NCBI GenBank assembly: GCA_044220955.1
Contig: JBGAQA010000032.1
Span: forward strand, 1 to 64,000
Source: Sandaracinaceae bacterium
GTDB taxonomy: Bacteria; Myxococcota_A; Polyangia; Polyangiales; Sandaracinaceae
Direction: 5' to 3'
DNA length: 64,000 bases
Shown: positions 40,358-49,960 of the stretch, piece by piece
How the letters are laid out: the number at the start of each line of letters is the position of its first letter
Position numbering within the stretch: the first letter of the stretch is position 1
Translations under genes and position numbers: made by a program
Notes under the pieces: model-generated
The model's database searches: none
What the model was told of the DNA's origin: nothing
The model's input: only the letters and a program-made list of their open reading frames with translations

Positions 40358-42265
40358 GTGCGCGCCTGCATCGTCCTCTGGTGCCTCCTCACGTGGGGCG
40401 GCCTCTCCGGCTGCGGCCCGGCGTGCGACGACCCGGACGGCGACCACTTCGGGCAGGGCTGTGCCCTCGGCCCCGACTGCGACCCGGCGAACGCGGCGCG
40501 CAACGTCGACTGCGTGGCCGTGCCGCCCCCCGACTGCGACGCCGACCCGGCCGCGACCGGCTGTCCCTGTCTACCCGGATCGAGCACGCCCTGCTTCTCC
40601 TTCCCGGACGCGATCCCGGGTGCGGGTCCGTGCCGATCGGGGCGCTCGATCTGCCTGGCGGGACACTGGGGGCTCTGCACGGGGGAGGTCGGTCCCGAGC
40701 GCGAGGTGTGCGACGCCGTGGACGAGGACTGCGACGGCCGCACCGACGAGGGCACGCGCAGTCCGTGCGGTGGGTGCGACGCGACGTGTCGCGGCGGTGT
40801 CTGGGGCGAGAGCGATGCCCCCTTCACGACGAGCGACCGGCTCGCGCTCACGGCCATCGGCGAGCTCACGCTGGCGCGCGAGACGTTCGCCAGCGCGACG
40901 GTCTGGGCTGCGAACAGCGCCGACGGAACGCTCTCGCGCATCGCCGCAGCGAGCGTGACGGAGGTCGCGCGCTACTCGACGGTCCTCGGCCAGCCCCGCG
41001 GCGACGAGCCGAGCCGCGTCGCGGTGGACTGGAACGACGACGTCTGGGTGCTGAACCGGGCGTTCGACGGCCAGGGCACGGCGACCAAGATCGCGAGCGA
41101 CCCCTCGCGCTGCGTCGACCGGGACCACGACGGCGCGATCCGCACCTCCACGGGCCCGGCCGACGTCCTGCCGGACGACGAGTGCATCCTTTTCACGGTG
41201 CCGATCGGCGGCCCACGCGAGACGCCGCGCGCGATCGCGATCGACGGCGGTGGGCTCGAGCGCTCCTCGCCCGGGCATCCCTGGGTCGGCCTCCACGACG
41301 GCGAGGCCATCCTCGAGCTCGACGGGGCCACCGGCAGCACGCTGCGCCGCATCGAGACGCCGTCCTTCGCTCCCTACGCCGCGGCGATCGACCCCTGGGG
41401 CGCGGTCTGGATGAGCTCGCGGGACGGCTACCTCGCGCGGGTCGATCCGAGGCCCGCGACGCCGCGGCTCGACATGATCGAGGTCCCGCTGGCGTGCTGG
41501 CTCGTCTACTCGATCGCGATCGACGCCGAGGGGCGCATCGCGATGACGGGGTTCTCCTGCGACAGCGTCGCCGTGTACGACCCGACCACCGGAGCCATCG
41601 CGCACGTGACGACGCAGCCGAGCACGCGCGGCGCCGTGTTCGATCCCTCGGGCGAGCTCTGGGTCGCCCACACGGGAGGCCTCCTGACGATGCTCGACGT
41701 CGCGCCGCTGCGCGTGCGCCGCACCGTCGATCTGCGCGCCGGCGGGGCGTCGCCCCTCGAGACCGTCGGCCTCGGGTCCGACACGATCGGCCACCTCTGG
41801 GCGGTGAGCGAGCACGGGGGCGCCGGCGATCTCGGCGTCGCGACGCGCGTGGACCTCGACGGCACCGTGTCCGGGCAGGTGACGATCGGCGGCGCGCCGC
41901 ACACGCAGGGCGACCTCACGGGGATCATGCGCGGCGGCGCGTTCTTGCCCGACGGCTCGGAGACGCACGTCTTCCGCGGCTGTGTGACGGGCGAGGCCAC
42001 CTGGATCGCGCTGCACTTCGAGGCGCACGAGGGCTCGAGCGGGAGCATCCTCTTCGAGGCGCGTCGCGCGCTGGACGAGGGCGGGCTCGGCGCGGCCACG
42101 TTCGTTCCGCTCGGCACCTACCCCGACGCGAGCGGTCCCTTCTCGCTCGCGCTCGACGCAGGCGGGGTCGTCGAGGTCCGGGTGACGCTCCGCGCGGCGT
42201 CGCGGCTCGGCGCGCCGCGGCTCGCGCGGGTCGGGCTCGAGTGGAGCTGTCCGGGCCCCGAGTAA
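40358..42265 (+). CDS. Cys-rich lipoprotein with a MopE-like motif and a Vgb-like beta-propeller
   Basis: Lipobox LSGC; EVCDAVDEDCDG; VW.ANS..GT.S.I, PSR.AVD....VW, repeated AID..G.VW blades. Confidence 0.75.
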   Translation: MRACIVLWCLLTWGGLSGCGPACDDPDGDHFGQGCALGPDCDPANAARNVDCVAVPPPDCDADPAATGCPCLPGSSTPCFSFPDAIPGAGPCRSGRSICLAGHWGLCTGEVGPEREVCDAVDEDCDGRTDEGTRSPCGGCDATCRGGVWGESDAPFTTSDRLALTAIGELTLARETFASATVWAANSADGTLSRIAAASVTEVARYSTVLGQPRGDEPSRVAVDWNDDVWVLNRAFDGQGTATKIASDPSRCVDRDHDGAIRTSTGPADVLPDDECILFTVPIGGPRETPRAIAIDGGGLERSSPGHPWVGLHDGEAILELDGATGSTLRRIETPSFAPYAAAIDPWGAVWMSSRDGYLARVDPRPATPRLDMIEVPLACWLVYSIAIDAEGRIAMTGFSCDSVAVYDPTTGAIAHVTTQPSTRGAVFDPSGELWVAHTGGLLTMLDVAPLRVRRTVDLRAGGASPLETVGLGSDTIGHLWAVSEHGGAGDLGVATRVDLDGTVSGQVTIGGAPHTQGDLTGIMRGGAFLPDGSETHVFRGCVTGEATWIALHFEAHEGSSGSILFEARRALDEGGLGAATFVPLGTYPDASGPFSLALDAGGVVEVRVTLRAASRLGAPRLARVGLEWSCPGPE

Positions 42266-42308
42266 CGCTCCGCGGGATCCGTTCGTAGCCCTGGCTCGTA
42301 CGGACACT

Positions 42309-43283
42309 GTGCCGCCCGTTTTGGCCCTGGCCTCGACTTCTCGGGTAGGATGCCGTGCTCTGGAGGACGCCTTGAATCGCATCGCCGCATGGGGCCTGGT
42401 CGTGGGGCTCGGGTTCTTGGGTCCGTCGCCGATCGCGGCGGCGCAGACCGACGGAACGACCGAGTCGATGGCGCAGGCCACGACGAGCGACCAGGACATG
42501 ACCGACGCCCAGGCGCGAGCGCACTTTCGCCTCGGGCGTGAGGCCTACGAGCAGGGGCGCTTCGCCGACGCGGCGCAGGAGTTCGAGATCGCCTACGGCC
42601 TCAGCGGGCGCGGGCAGCTGCTCTACAACGTCTACCTCGCGTATCGCGACGCGCAGGACATCCCGAACGCAGCACGCGCGCTCCGCGGCTACCTCGCGGC
42701 GGTGCCGGACGCGCCCGACCACGATCATCTGCAGGCACGACTGACCGCGCTCGAGGGCTCGGTGACGGCCGAGCAAGAGGCCGAGGCGGCGCGCGCCGCG
42801 CAGGAAGCGGAGCAGCGGCGTCAGCTGGCCGAGGCCGAGCAGCGCGCGCTCGACGCCGAGATGCGTGCGCAGCAGGGGGCTCAGGCGAGCGCTTCGCGTC
42901 CGTGGTGGCCGTGGCTGGTGTTCGGCGGGGGCGTGGCCCTGGCGGGGATCGGAGGCGCGCTCGCGGCGCTCGCTGGCGCCGACGCCGACGCGCTGCGGCG
43001 CTCGTGCGTGACGCAGTCGTCGATCGTCGGGGTCGAGCAGCCGATCGCGCTCGGCACCAGCTGCTCGCCCTCGGTCGATCTCGCCGGCCGTCGCAGCTCC
43101 ATCATGACGCAGGCCGCCGCCGCCGACGCGCTCTGGATCGGCGGCAGCGTCGTCGCGATCACCGGGCTGGTCCTCGCGTTCGTCCTGCCCGACGACGTCA
43201 CACAGCCCGCGGCGGGCACGCCCGCGGTCAGCGCCGGCTGCGGTCCCACGGGCTGCTCCGCCAGCCTCACGGTCTCTTTCTGA
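42309..43283 (+). CDS. Secreted TPR protein with coiled coil and hydrophobic C-terminus (start uncertain)
   Basis: ARAHFRLGREAYEQGRFADAAQEFEIAY...LLYN; typical myxobacterial TPR-TM architecture. Confidence 0.75.
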   Translation: MPPVLALASTSRVGCRALEDALNRIAAWGLVVGLGFLGPSPIAAAQTDGTTESMAQATTSDQDMTDAQARAHFRLGREAYEQGRFADAAQEFEIAYGLSGRGQLLYNVYLAYRDAQDIPNAARALRGYLAAVPDAPDHDHLQARLTALEGSVTAEQEAEAARAAQEAEQRRQLAEAEQRALDAEMRAQQGAQASASRPWWPWLVFGGGVALAGIGGALAALAGADADALRRSCVTQSSIVGVEQPIALGTSCSPSVDLAGRRSSIMTQAAAADALWIGGSVVAITGLVLAFVLPDDVTQPAAGTPAVSAGCGPTGCSASLTVSF

Positions 43284-43287
43284 GGAG

Positions 43288-44211
43288 ATGCAGATGTACG
43301 CACGCACACTCCACGTCTCGCTCGCGCTGGCGCTGACCGGCTGCACGGCCCTCGTCTCGGACCTGAACGGGTTCAACAACTACTCCGACGCCTGCGACCC
43401 GCGGGGAACGCAGCACCTCGGGGACGACCTCGACATCCAGTTCCTGAACACGCAGGCGCACGTGAACCAGGATCTGCGGCTCGCGCTCGAGGTCGGTCCG
43501 GATCGCAGCATCGAGGCGATGTTCGTGATCAGCGCGTTCGACGACGCGAACCTGCACGTCCACGTCCCCGATATCCTGCCGAGCGATCCGGCGACCCTGG
43601 CGTTCTGGGCGGACAGCAACGGCATGCCCGGCTTCCAGATGCTGCCGGACATGGGCTCGTCGGACGTGCCCGACCACCAGTGGTTCCGGCCGGTCTGCCC
43701 GAACGGGCAGATGACGTTCACGCACACGACGCCCTTCCAGGACATCCACATGGCGACGTCCACGGGCTCGATCTTCGTGTTCCACATCCCGACCGAGATC
43801 CAGCGCCCTCAGCTCTTCGACAACTTCCGGATGGCGGCGTGGGCGGTGCGCGTCAACGACCTCGGCCACCAGACCCGCGCCTACTACCAGTGGGCGCCCT
43901 ACGTCCCGCTCTCTCCGGGGATGACGGCGCCGCCGCAGCGGCCGCCGCCCGCGACCTTCCAGGTCGGCGGCAACGTGCTCGGCGAGGCGCGCGGGGCGAT
44001 CGACGGCGGCGAGGTGTACGAGGTCCACTTCGTCATCGACGCGGACGACGACGGACAGTTCGGCACCACGGGCGACTACAACTGCGTGTGGGACAACCAG
44101 GCGATGCCGACGCCGCCTCCGACGCCGGGCGTCTGGGACTTCACGCCGCCCGCGCCCTTCATGGCGGCCTGCGACGCGAACGGGTTCGACCCGACGACCG
44201 TCTCGCCCTGA
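43288..44211 (+). CDS. Hypothetical lipoprotein
   Basis: GAGGAG RBS; lipobox LTGC; follows the TPR gene by 4 bp. Confidence 0.75.
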   Translation: MQMYARTLHVSLALALTGCTALVSDLNGFNNYSDACDPRGTQHLGDDLDIQFLNTQAHVNQDLRLALEVGPDRSIEAMFVISAFDDANLHVHVPDILPSDPATLAFWADSNGMPGFQMLPDMGSSDVPDHQWFRPVCPNGQMTFTHTTPFQDIHMATSTGSIFVFHIPTEIQRPQLFDNFRMAAWAVRVNDLGHQTRAYYQWAPYVPLSPGMTAPPQRPPPATFQVGGNVLGEARGAIDGGEVYEVHFVIDADDDGQFGTTGDYNCVWDNQAMPTPPPTPGVWDFTPPAPFMAACDANGFDPTTVSP

Positions 44212-44244
44212 GGGGCGCGGTGGACCGTACGCTTCCGAGGCCCC

Positions 44245-45465
44245 TCAGGGCGGCGCGGGGACGTAGAGGTCCATCCCTGGATGGATCAGCACGTGGCGTC
44301 CCGGGATCGGCGCGCCGTCGACGTAGAGCGTGGTGTCGGGCGCGGCGGCGAGCGCGGCCTCGGCGCGGGTGACGAAGCGCTCGACGTCGAGGAGCGGGAT
44401 CGGCTGGATCGGCGCGTCGCGCGGGATGAAGAAGTTCTCCCAGTGCCCCGAGATGGCGAAGCGCGGGCTCACGTTGGCGAGGATGTCGGTCGGCTGGCTC
44501 TCGACGGCGTCGTTGCTGCCCGCGCAGAGGATCGCGAGATCGACGCGTCGCTCGGCGAGGATCGCGGCGGGCACCTCGCCGATCGGCCGCGTCGCCGGCG
44601 CGTCCTGGTAGTAGACGCGGAAGACGGGCGCGCCCCCCGCGTCGAGGAAGTCGATGACGAAGCCCATCGTCTGGCCCTCGAGCCAGCCAGAGGCGGGCGC
44701 GGGCAGGTCGCACTGGTCGGTGTCGATCGAGCCGGGCGCGAAGTGCATCGTGCCGATCTGCGCGGGGTGCGTGGTGCAGATCGGCATCAGGCGCACGTGG
44801 CTCCCAGGCACGCTCACCCACGAGCCCGCCATCGGCGCGCCCACCGGCAGCTGATCGGGGCAGTTCGTGTAGTCGACGTGGCTCGCGAGCGGGTCGTCGA
44901 GCGCGACGATGCGCGTGCGCTCGATCGTCGCGGTGGGCGCGGGGCTCGTGCAGGAAGCGTCGCGGTCGGGCGCCACGGCGGCGAGCACGTGGCGCGCGGT
45001 GCGGTTGGCATAGAGGGGAGCGGTCGGCGCGAGCGCTCCCATCACGTGGACGAGGTCCATGAGGTGGTCGTAGTGCGCGTGCCCGCTCACGATCGCGCGG
45101 ATCGACGCCACGTCCACGTCGGCGAGGCCGCTCTCGATCGCGGGGACGTCGCTCGCGATCGGCGCGTTGAGCGCGACGTCGACGCCGTTCTGCCGGGTGA
45201 AGAGCGGCGCCGTCATCACGGCCTCGCCATCGTACGTCAGCACGAACCCCTGGACGCCGAGCGCCTGGACACGGAGCGCACCGGGCGCCGCGGCGTCGAT
45301 CGCGTACGCGTCGCCGCCGTCGGTGCCCACGTCGTGCGCGGCGTCCCGACCGCCGTCGTTGCCCGCGTCGCTCCCGGCGTCGTTGCCGGCATCGTCCGTC
45401 GCGCCGCCGCCGCCGCCGCACGCGAGCAGCGCGAGCGCACACGAGAGGAACAGGGTGCGCCGCAT
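44245..45465 (-). CDS. Metallo-beta-lactamase-fold hydrolase lipoprotein
   Basis: Lipobox LLAC; SGHAHYDH; H.AQ; QD; GHWENF. Confidence 0.8.
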   Translation of the reverse strand: MRRTLFLSCALALLACGGGGGATDDAGNDAGSDAGNDGGRDAAHDVGTDGGDAYAIDAAAPGALRVQALGVQGFVLTYDGEAVMTAPLFTRQNGVDVALNAPIASDVPAIESGLADVDVASIRAIVSGHAHYDHLMDLVHVMGALAPTAPLYANRTARHVLAAVAPDRDASCTSPAPTATIERTRIVALDDPLASHVDYTNCPDQLPVGAPMAGSWVSVPGSHVRLMPICTTHPAQIGTMHFAPGSIDTDQCDLPAPASGWLEGQTMGFVIDFLDAGGAPVFRVYYQDAPATRPIGEVPAAILAERRVDLAILCAGSNDAVESQPTDILANVSPRFAISGHWENFFIPRDAPIQPIPLLDVERFVTRAEAALAAAPDTTLYVDGAPIPGRHVLIHPGMDLYVPAPP

Positions 45466-45505
45466 CGTGGGATGGTCGCGAAACGCGGTCGCGCGTGCAA
45501 GCACG

Positions 45506-46471
45506 CTACGGAATCGCGACGACGATCATCGCGCTCGCGTGCACGTCGCCGAGCGAGGCGCTCAGCAGGCCGCTGCCCGCCGCGACGCCGCGGACGCCGA
45601 TGCAGCTCGGGTCCGGGACACCGTTCACCGACGGCGCCGCCGAGGGATCCTCGACCAGGATCGACGGCAGCGCGAACACGATCGGCGCGCCCGCGACGAT
45701 GCCCCTGGGGCCGTTCGCATGCACGCAGAGCACGCGCGGCGTGGTGTCGAACGCCGGTCCGCCCGCGAGGATGTCGATGGAGTCGAGGCGAGAGACGACG
45801 GGTACGGAGACGATGCGCGTCTCGGCGTCGCGCACGACGCTCACCTCGAGCGTCCCCTCCGCGGGGCTGGTCAGCGTCGCGGTGAAGCCGGTCCCGTTCG
45901 GGCGCGGCGGCTGCCCCTCGACGTGCGCCGAGTCGTCGCCGAGCCACGTGTAGCCGAGCCCACCGAGCAGCTCGACCTGCACGCCGACCGTGGTCCCTGC
46001 CCAGATCGAGCCGAAGTGACCGTAGTGGACCGGCTCGTTCACCGCGGACGCGAAGGAGCTGAACGCGATGCTTTGGACCGTCTCGACCGAGAACCCTCGC
46101 GCGAGGAGCGCGCAGCCCGCCGTGGGGTCGATCACGCGCAGGACCGCGCTGCCCACGCCGGCCGCGCGGATCGTGATCGCGCCCGGGCCCGACGCCGTCG
46201 CCTCGAGGACACCCGTGTCGCTCGAGGTCACCTCGATCGCGCCCGCGTAGGTGGGCGCGTCGAGCGATGCGGCCGTCGCGAGCCGCACGTGCGCGACCGC
46301 GCCGCGCGCGAGATCTCCGGAGGCGAAGTGGGGCGTCGGGTCGGTCGCGACGAGCACCAGCTCGCCGGCCGCGTCGAACGTGCACGCCGGGGCGATCGCC
46401 GCGTCGGGGTACGACGACGTGCCGCACCCGAGCACCGAAGCGCAGAGCCCGATCGCGATCGCGGCGCGCAT
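45506..46471 (-). CDS. Hypothetical lipoprotein (Ig-like, beta-rich)
   Basis: MRAAIAIGLCASVLGC; VTSSDTGVL...TIRAAGVG.A.L.V resembles a Big_2 unit. Confidence 0.65.
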   Translation of the reverse strand: MRAAIAIGLCASVLGCGTSSYPDAAIAPACTFDAAGELVLVATDPTPHFASGDLARGAVAHVRLATAASLDAPTYAGAIEVTSSDTGVLEATASGPGAITIRAAGVGSAVLRVIDPTAGCALLARGFSVETVQSIAFSSFASAVNEPVHYGHFGSIWAGTTVGVQVELLGGLGYTWLGDDSAHVEGQPPRPNGTGFTATLTSPAEGTLEVSVVRDAETRIVSVPVVSRLDSIDILAGGPAFDTTPRVLCVHANGPRGIVAGAPIVFALPSILVEDPSAAPSVNGVPDPSCIGVRGVAAGSGLLSASLGDVHASAMIVVAIP

Positions 46472-46554
46472 CCAGCCAGCATGCGGTGCGTCGTGCGCCT
46501 CGGCAAAGCGCGCCCCTTGCGGCGAGCCGCCCTGCCTCGCATCTTCCGCCGCCG

Positions 46555-47988
46555 ATGTCGGACAGCGAGGCACGAGAGAAGCGATCCGCGGACGAGCGGC
46601 CCAAGGCCGTGGTCGTCGGCGTGCAGCTGCCCGAGGTGTCGGACGGCGACTTCGAGTCGTCGCTGCGCGAGGTGGAGCGACTCGCCAAGACGCTCGGCCT
46701 GCAGACCGTGGGTCGCGTGACGCAGCGACGGGGCGGGCTCGCCGTCGGCGGCGTGATCGGCGAGGGCAAGCTCGAGGAGCTCGCGGCGTGGACGGGCGGG
46801 AGCGGGAAGATCCCGTCGGGGGCTGTCCGGAAGAAGCGCCGCATCGACGTCGACGAGGGCGAGAGCGAGGACGAGAGTGAGAGCGAGGGCGAGAGCGAGA
46901 GCGAGGACGAGAGCGAGGGCGAGAGCGCGAGCAAGGGGCCGGCGCGGGCCAGCATCGTCCTGGTCGATCACGACCTCGCTCCCTCGCAGGTGCGCAACCT
47001 CGAGCGCGCCACCGGTGCCGAGGTCGTCGACCGCACGTCGATCATCCTGCGCATCTTCGAGCGCCACGCCCGCACCCGCGAGGCGCGCATGCAGGTCGAG
47101 ATCGCGCGGCTGACCTATCTCGCGCCGCGCCTCCGCGAGTCGGGCGGCGGCGACCGCCAGCGCGGCGGCATCGGCGGCAAGGGCGCGGGCGAGAGCTCCT
47201 CGGAGCTCGATCGCCGCCGCGTCCGCGACCGCATCGCCGAGCTCAAGGCGGAGCTGGTGAACGTCGAGCGCGAGTCCGCCGTGCGGCGCAAGCGCCGCGT
47301 CGCGCCCGAGGGAGGCCAGCGCACGGTCGCGCTCGTGGGCTACACGAACGCCGGCAAGTCGAGCTGGATGCGCCTCCTGACGAGCGGCGAGGTGTACGTC
47401 GCCGACGAGCTCTTCGCGACGCTCGACACGACCGTTCGCGCGCTCGCCCCGGCGACGAGCCCGCGCATCCTCGTCTCCGACACGGTCGGCTTCATCAAGA
47501 AGCTCCCGCACTCGCTCGTCGCCTCGTTCCGCTCGACGCTGGAAGAGGCGCGCGACGCGGGCCTGCTCCTGCACGTGGTCGACGCGGCGGATCCGGCGTT
47601 TCGCGCGCAGCTCGACGTGACGCGCACCGTGCTGCGCGAGCTCGAGGCCGACGACGCTCCCTCGATCGTCCTCCTCAACAAGATCGACAAGGTCGACGAG
47701 CCCACGCGCGAGGCGCTGCGCGCGGAGTTCGAGGGCGCGCTCCTCGTCAGCGCGCGCGATCCCGCGGACGTGAAGCGCTTGCACGCCGCGGTCGTCGCGT
47801 TCTTCGAGAAGGACACGATCGAGACCGAGCTCTTCGTGAGCTACACCCAGCAGTCCCTCGTGGGGCCGATCCGCGAGAGCGTGCGCATCCTCGAGGAGCG
47901 CTGGGAGAACGACGGCCTGCACGTGCGCGTGCGAGGGAGCAAGGTCGCGCTCGCCAAGCTCGAGGCGGAGCTCGCGCGGGGGCGATGA
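46555..47988 (+). CDS. hflX: GTPase HflX
   Basis: DRTSIILRIFERHARTREA, ELDRR, GYTNAGKS, LFATLDTT, DTVGFI, NKID. Confidence 0.95.
   Translation: MSDSEAREKRSADERPKAVVVGVQLPEVSDGDFESSLREVERLAKTLGLQTVGRVTQRRGGLAVGGVIGEGKLEELAAWTGGSGKIPSGAVRKKRRIDVDEGESEDESESEGESESEDESEGESASKGPARASIVLVDHDLAPSQVRNLERATGAEVVDRTSIILRIFERHARTREARMQVEIARLTYLAPRLRESGGGDRQRGGIGGKGAGESSSELDRRRVRDRIAELKAELVNVERESAVRRKRRVAPEGGQRTVALVGYTNAGKSSWMRLLTSGEVYVADELFATLDTTVRALAPATSPRILVSDTVGFIKKLPHSLVASFRSTLEEARDAGLLLHVVDAADPAFRAQLDVTRTVLRELEADDAPSIVLLNKIDKVDEPTREALRAEFEGALLVSARDPADVKRLHAAVVAFFEKDTIETELFVSYTQQSLVGPIRESVRILEERWENDGLHVRVRGSKVALAKLEAELARGR
46852..46926. repeat. Degenerate (GAGAGC)n coding repeat giving an acidic D/E/S/G insert in HflX
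   Basis: Translates DEGESEDESESEGESESEDESEGES. Confidence 0.85.
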
Positions 47989-48680
47989 CCGCGGTCCTCA
48001 TCGCGCTCGGGGTCGCGAGCACGCTCGGCTTGGTCTTCGGCCTCGGCTGGTACTTCTCCGAGCACCAGCAGCGTCTACGCGAGCTGCGCGGCGTCGACGT
48101 GACGCGCATCGCCGACGCCGTGGACGGCGAGCTGGTCCGCATCATGGGGGTGATCGCCGAGCAAGACGACGTCCTCGACGCGCCGCTGAGCGGGCGCGCG
48201 TGCGTGCACTTCGACGTCAGCGTCCTCGAGTGGCGCAGCCACGGGAAGTCGGGGTCCTTCGTGCACGTCTTCTCCGAGACCGGCTCCCGTCCCTTCGTCG
48301 TGACGGACGCGAGCGGTCGAGCGCGGATCGACACGTCGCACTTCCGCTGCGCGATCGTGCGGGACGCGAACAAGCAGTCCGGCACGTTCAACGACGCGTC
48401 ACCCGAGATGGAGGCGCTGCTCGTCCGCCACGGCATGCAGTCCACGGGCCTGCTCGGCTTCAACAAGAGCCTCCGCTACGAGGAGGGCGTGCTCGAGCCC
48501 GGCGAGCGAGTGACCGTGCTCGGTCGCGCGCGCTGGGAGGACGATCCCGACGAGACGGCGCGCGGGGCGCCGGGAGTGGGCTACCGCGACTCCGTGCGGC
48601 GACGCCGCCTCGTGATCGAGGCCAGCCTCGAGCCCGTGCGCGCGAGCGACGACCCGCGCGTCACGGGCGGCGACGCCTGA
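47985..48680 (+). CDS. Membrane-anchored GIDE-like domain protein
   Basis: N-terminal TM; L.APLSGR.CV, PF.V.D.SG, LRYEEGVL.PGE.V.VLG. Confidence 0.7.
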   Translation: MTAVLIALGVASTLGLVFGLGWYFSEHQQRLRELRGVDVTRIADAVDGELVRIMGVIAEQDDVLDAPLSGRACVHFDVSVLEWRSHGKSGSFVHVFSETGSRPFVVTDASGRARIDTSHFRCAIVRDANKQSGTFNDASPEMEALLVRHGMQSTGLLGFNKSLRYEEGVLEPGERVTVLGRARWEDDPDETARGAPGVGYRDSVRRRRLVIEASLEPVRASDDPRVTGGDA

Positions 48681-48687
48681 CGCGCCC

Positions 48688-49875
48688 TCACAGGTACGAG
48701 AGCCACCACCAGTCCTTGGCGCGGCGCTCCTTGAGGCGCGCGAACCACGCGCTCGGCGCGTACAAGATCGCGATCGCCGACGCCCACACGAGGTACACGG
48801 CGCCGAGCGGCCACTCGGGGCAGCCGCGGTGGCCCTCGGGCGGTCCTGCGAACGCCGTCTCGGGGCCCCAGCGCAGGTACGCGGCCGTCGCCGCAGGGAT
48901 GCTGAGCAGGTAGAGGTGCACGACGTAGAAGAAGAGCGGCACGCGACCGAAGGTCTCGAGCGCTCGCCCGATCGCCGTGGGCAGCTCCCAGCGCTCGAGC
49001 GCGGCGAGCAGGAGCAGGATCGGCCCGAGCGTCATCAGGAGGTAGTCGAGCGAGGGCGGGTACTTCGTGCAGTTCAGGAACGACATCAGCGTGTACGTCA
49101 CGCTCGGCTGCACGGACCACGGCGCCGGGTCACCGTAGCCGTCGAGCCCGCGCACCACGACGAACGCCGCGATCGCCGCGAGCCCCAGTCGGGCGAGCGT
49201 GCGCCGCCGGATCGCGGCGTCGCCCGCGTAGAGCTCGCCGAGCCCGAAGCCGAGCGCCATCACGCCCACCCAGGGCACGAGCGGGTAGGCGACGATGAGC
49301 AGCGTCCCCTCGCGCGGCGAGAACTCGCGCTGCTCGTGCACGACCGCCCAGAGGAAGCGCTGCGTGCCGTCGGCGTCGAAGTGCACGCCGTCGAGCAGCC
49401 CGTGCGCGAGCACCATCGCCGCCCCGAGCCCCGCGAGCACCCGCGGCGAGAGTGACGAGATCGGGGCGAGGAGCACCATCGACCAGCCGATCGCCCAGAT
49501 CACCTGCAGCAGCACGAACGAGTAGGCGGGCTCCGGATCCCAGCCGAAGTGCACGACGGTGAGCTCGAGGAAGACGAGCCAGAGCCCGCGCGTGACGAGG
49601 AACTTCCGCCGCTCTGCCGCCGTTCGTTTGCGCCCGTAGAGGTACGCCGACGCACCTGCGAGCATCACGAACCCGGGCGCACAGTAGTGCGTGATCCAGC
49701 GCGTGAAGAAGAGGAAGGGCCAGGTCTCGCCGAGGTTCGTCGGATCGACGCGCATCCCGAAGTAGAAGTCGCGCGCGTGGTCGAGGACCATCACCACCAT
49801 GACGACCCCGCGCACGAGGTCCAGCGCGCGGTGACGCGCCGTGCTCGCGGCGCTCGGGGATGCGGGCTCGCTCAC
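48688..49875 (-). CDS. DUF1624 / HGSNAT-like multi-pass membrane protein
   Basis: LD..RG.VMV.M.LDH.R, FFTRWITHYCAP.F, KYPPSL.Y, G..PLFFY..H. Confidence 0.88.
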   Translation of the reverse strand: MSEPASPSAASTARHRALDLVRGVVMVVMVLDHARDFYFGMRVDPTNLGETWPFLFFTRWITHYCAPGFVMLAGASAYLYGRKRTAAERRKFLVTRGLWLVFLELTVVHFGWDPEPAYSFVLLQVIWAIGWSMVLLAPISSLSPRVLAGLGAAMVLAHGLLDGVHFDADGTQRFLWAVVHEQREFSPREGTLLIVAYPLVPWVGVMALGFGLGELYAGDAAIRRRTLARLGLAAIAAFVVVRGLDGYGDPAPWSVQPSVTYTLMSFLNCTKYPPSLDYLLMTLGPILLLLAALERWELPTAIGRALETFGRVPLFFYVVHLYLLSIPAATAAYLRWGPETAFAGPPEGHRGCPEWPLGAVYLVWASAIAILYAPSAWFARLKERRAKDWWWLSYL

Positions 49876-49960
49876 GGTGCCCGACGATAGCAGCGCCACC
49901 GCTCTTGCAGTGCCCTCGGCGAATCGAGTACTCGTGCCGACACTGCCGGAGGCTCGGATC

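Noticed and set aside
46852..46926. ES repeats as substrates of the Fam20C-like kinase
   Set aside because: HflX is cytoplasmic and the repeat gives S-E-x rather than the S-x-E consensus.
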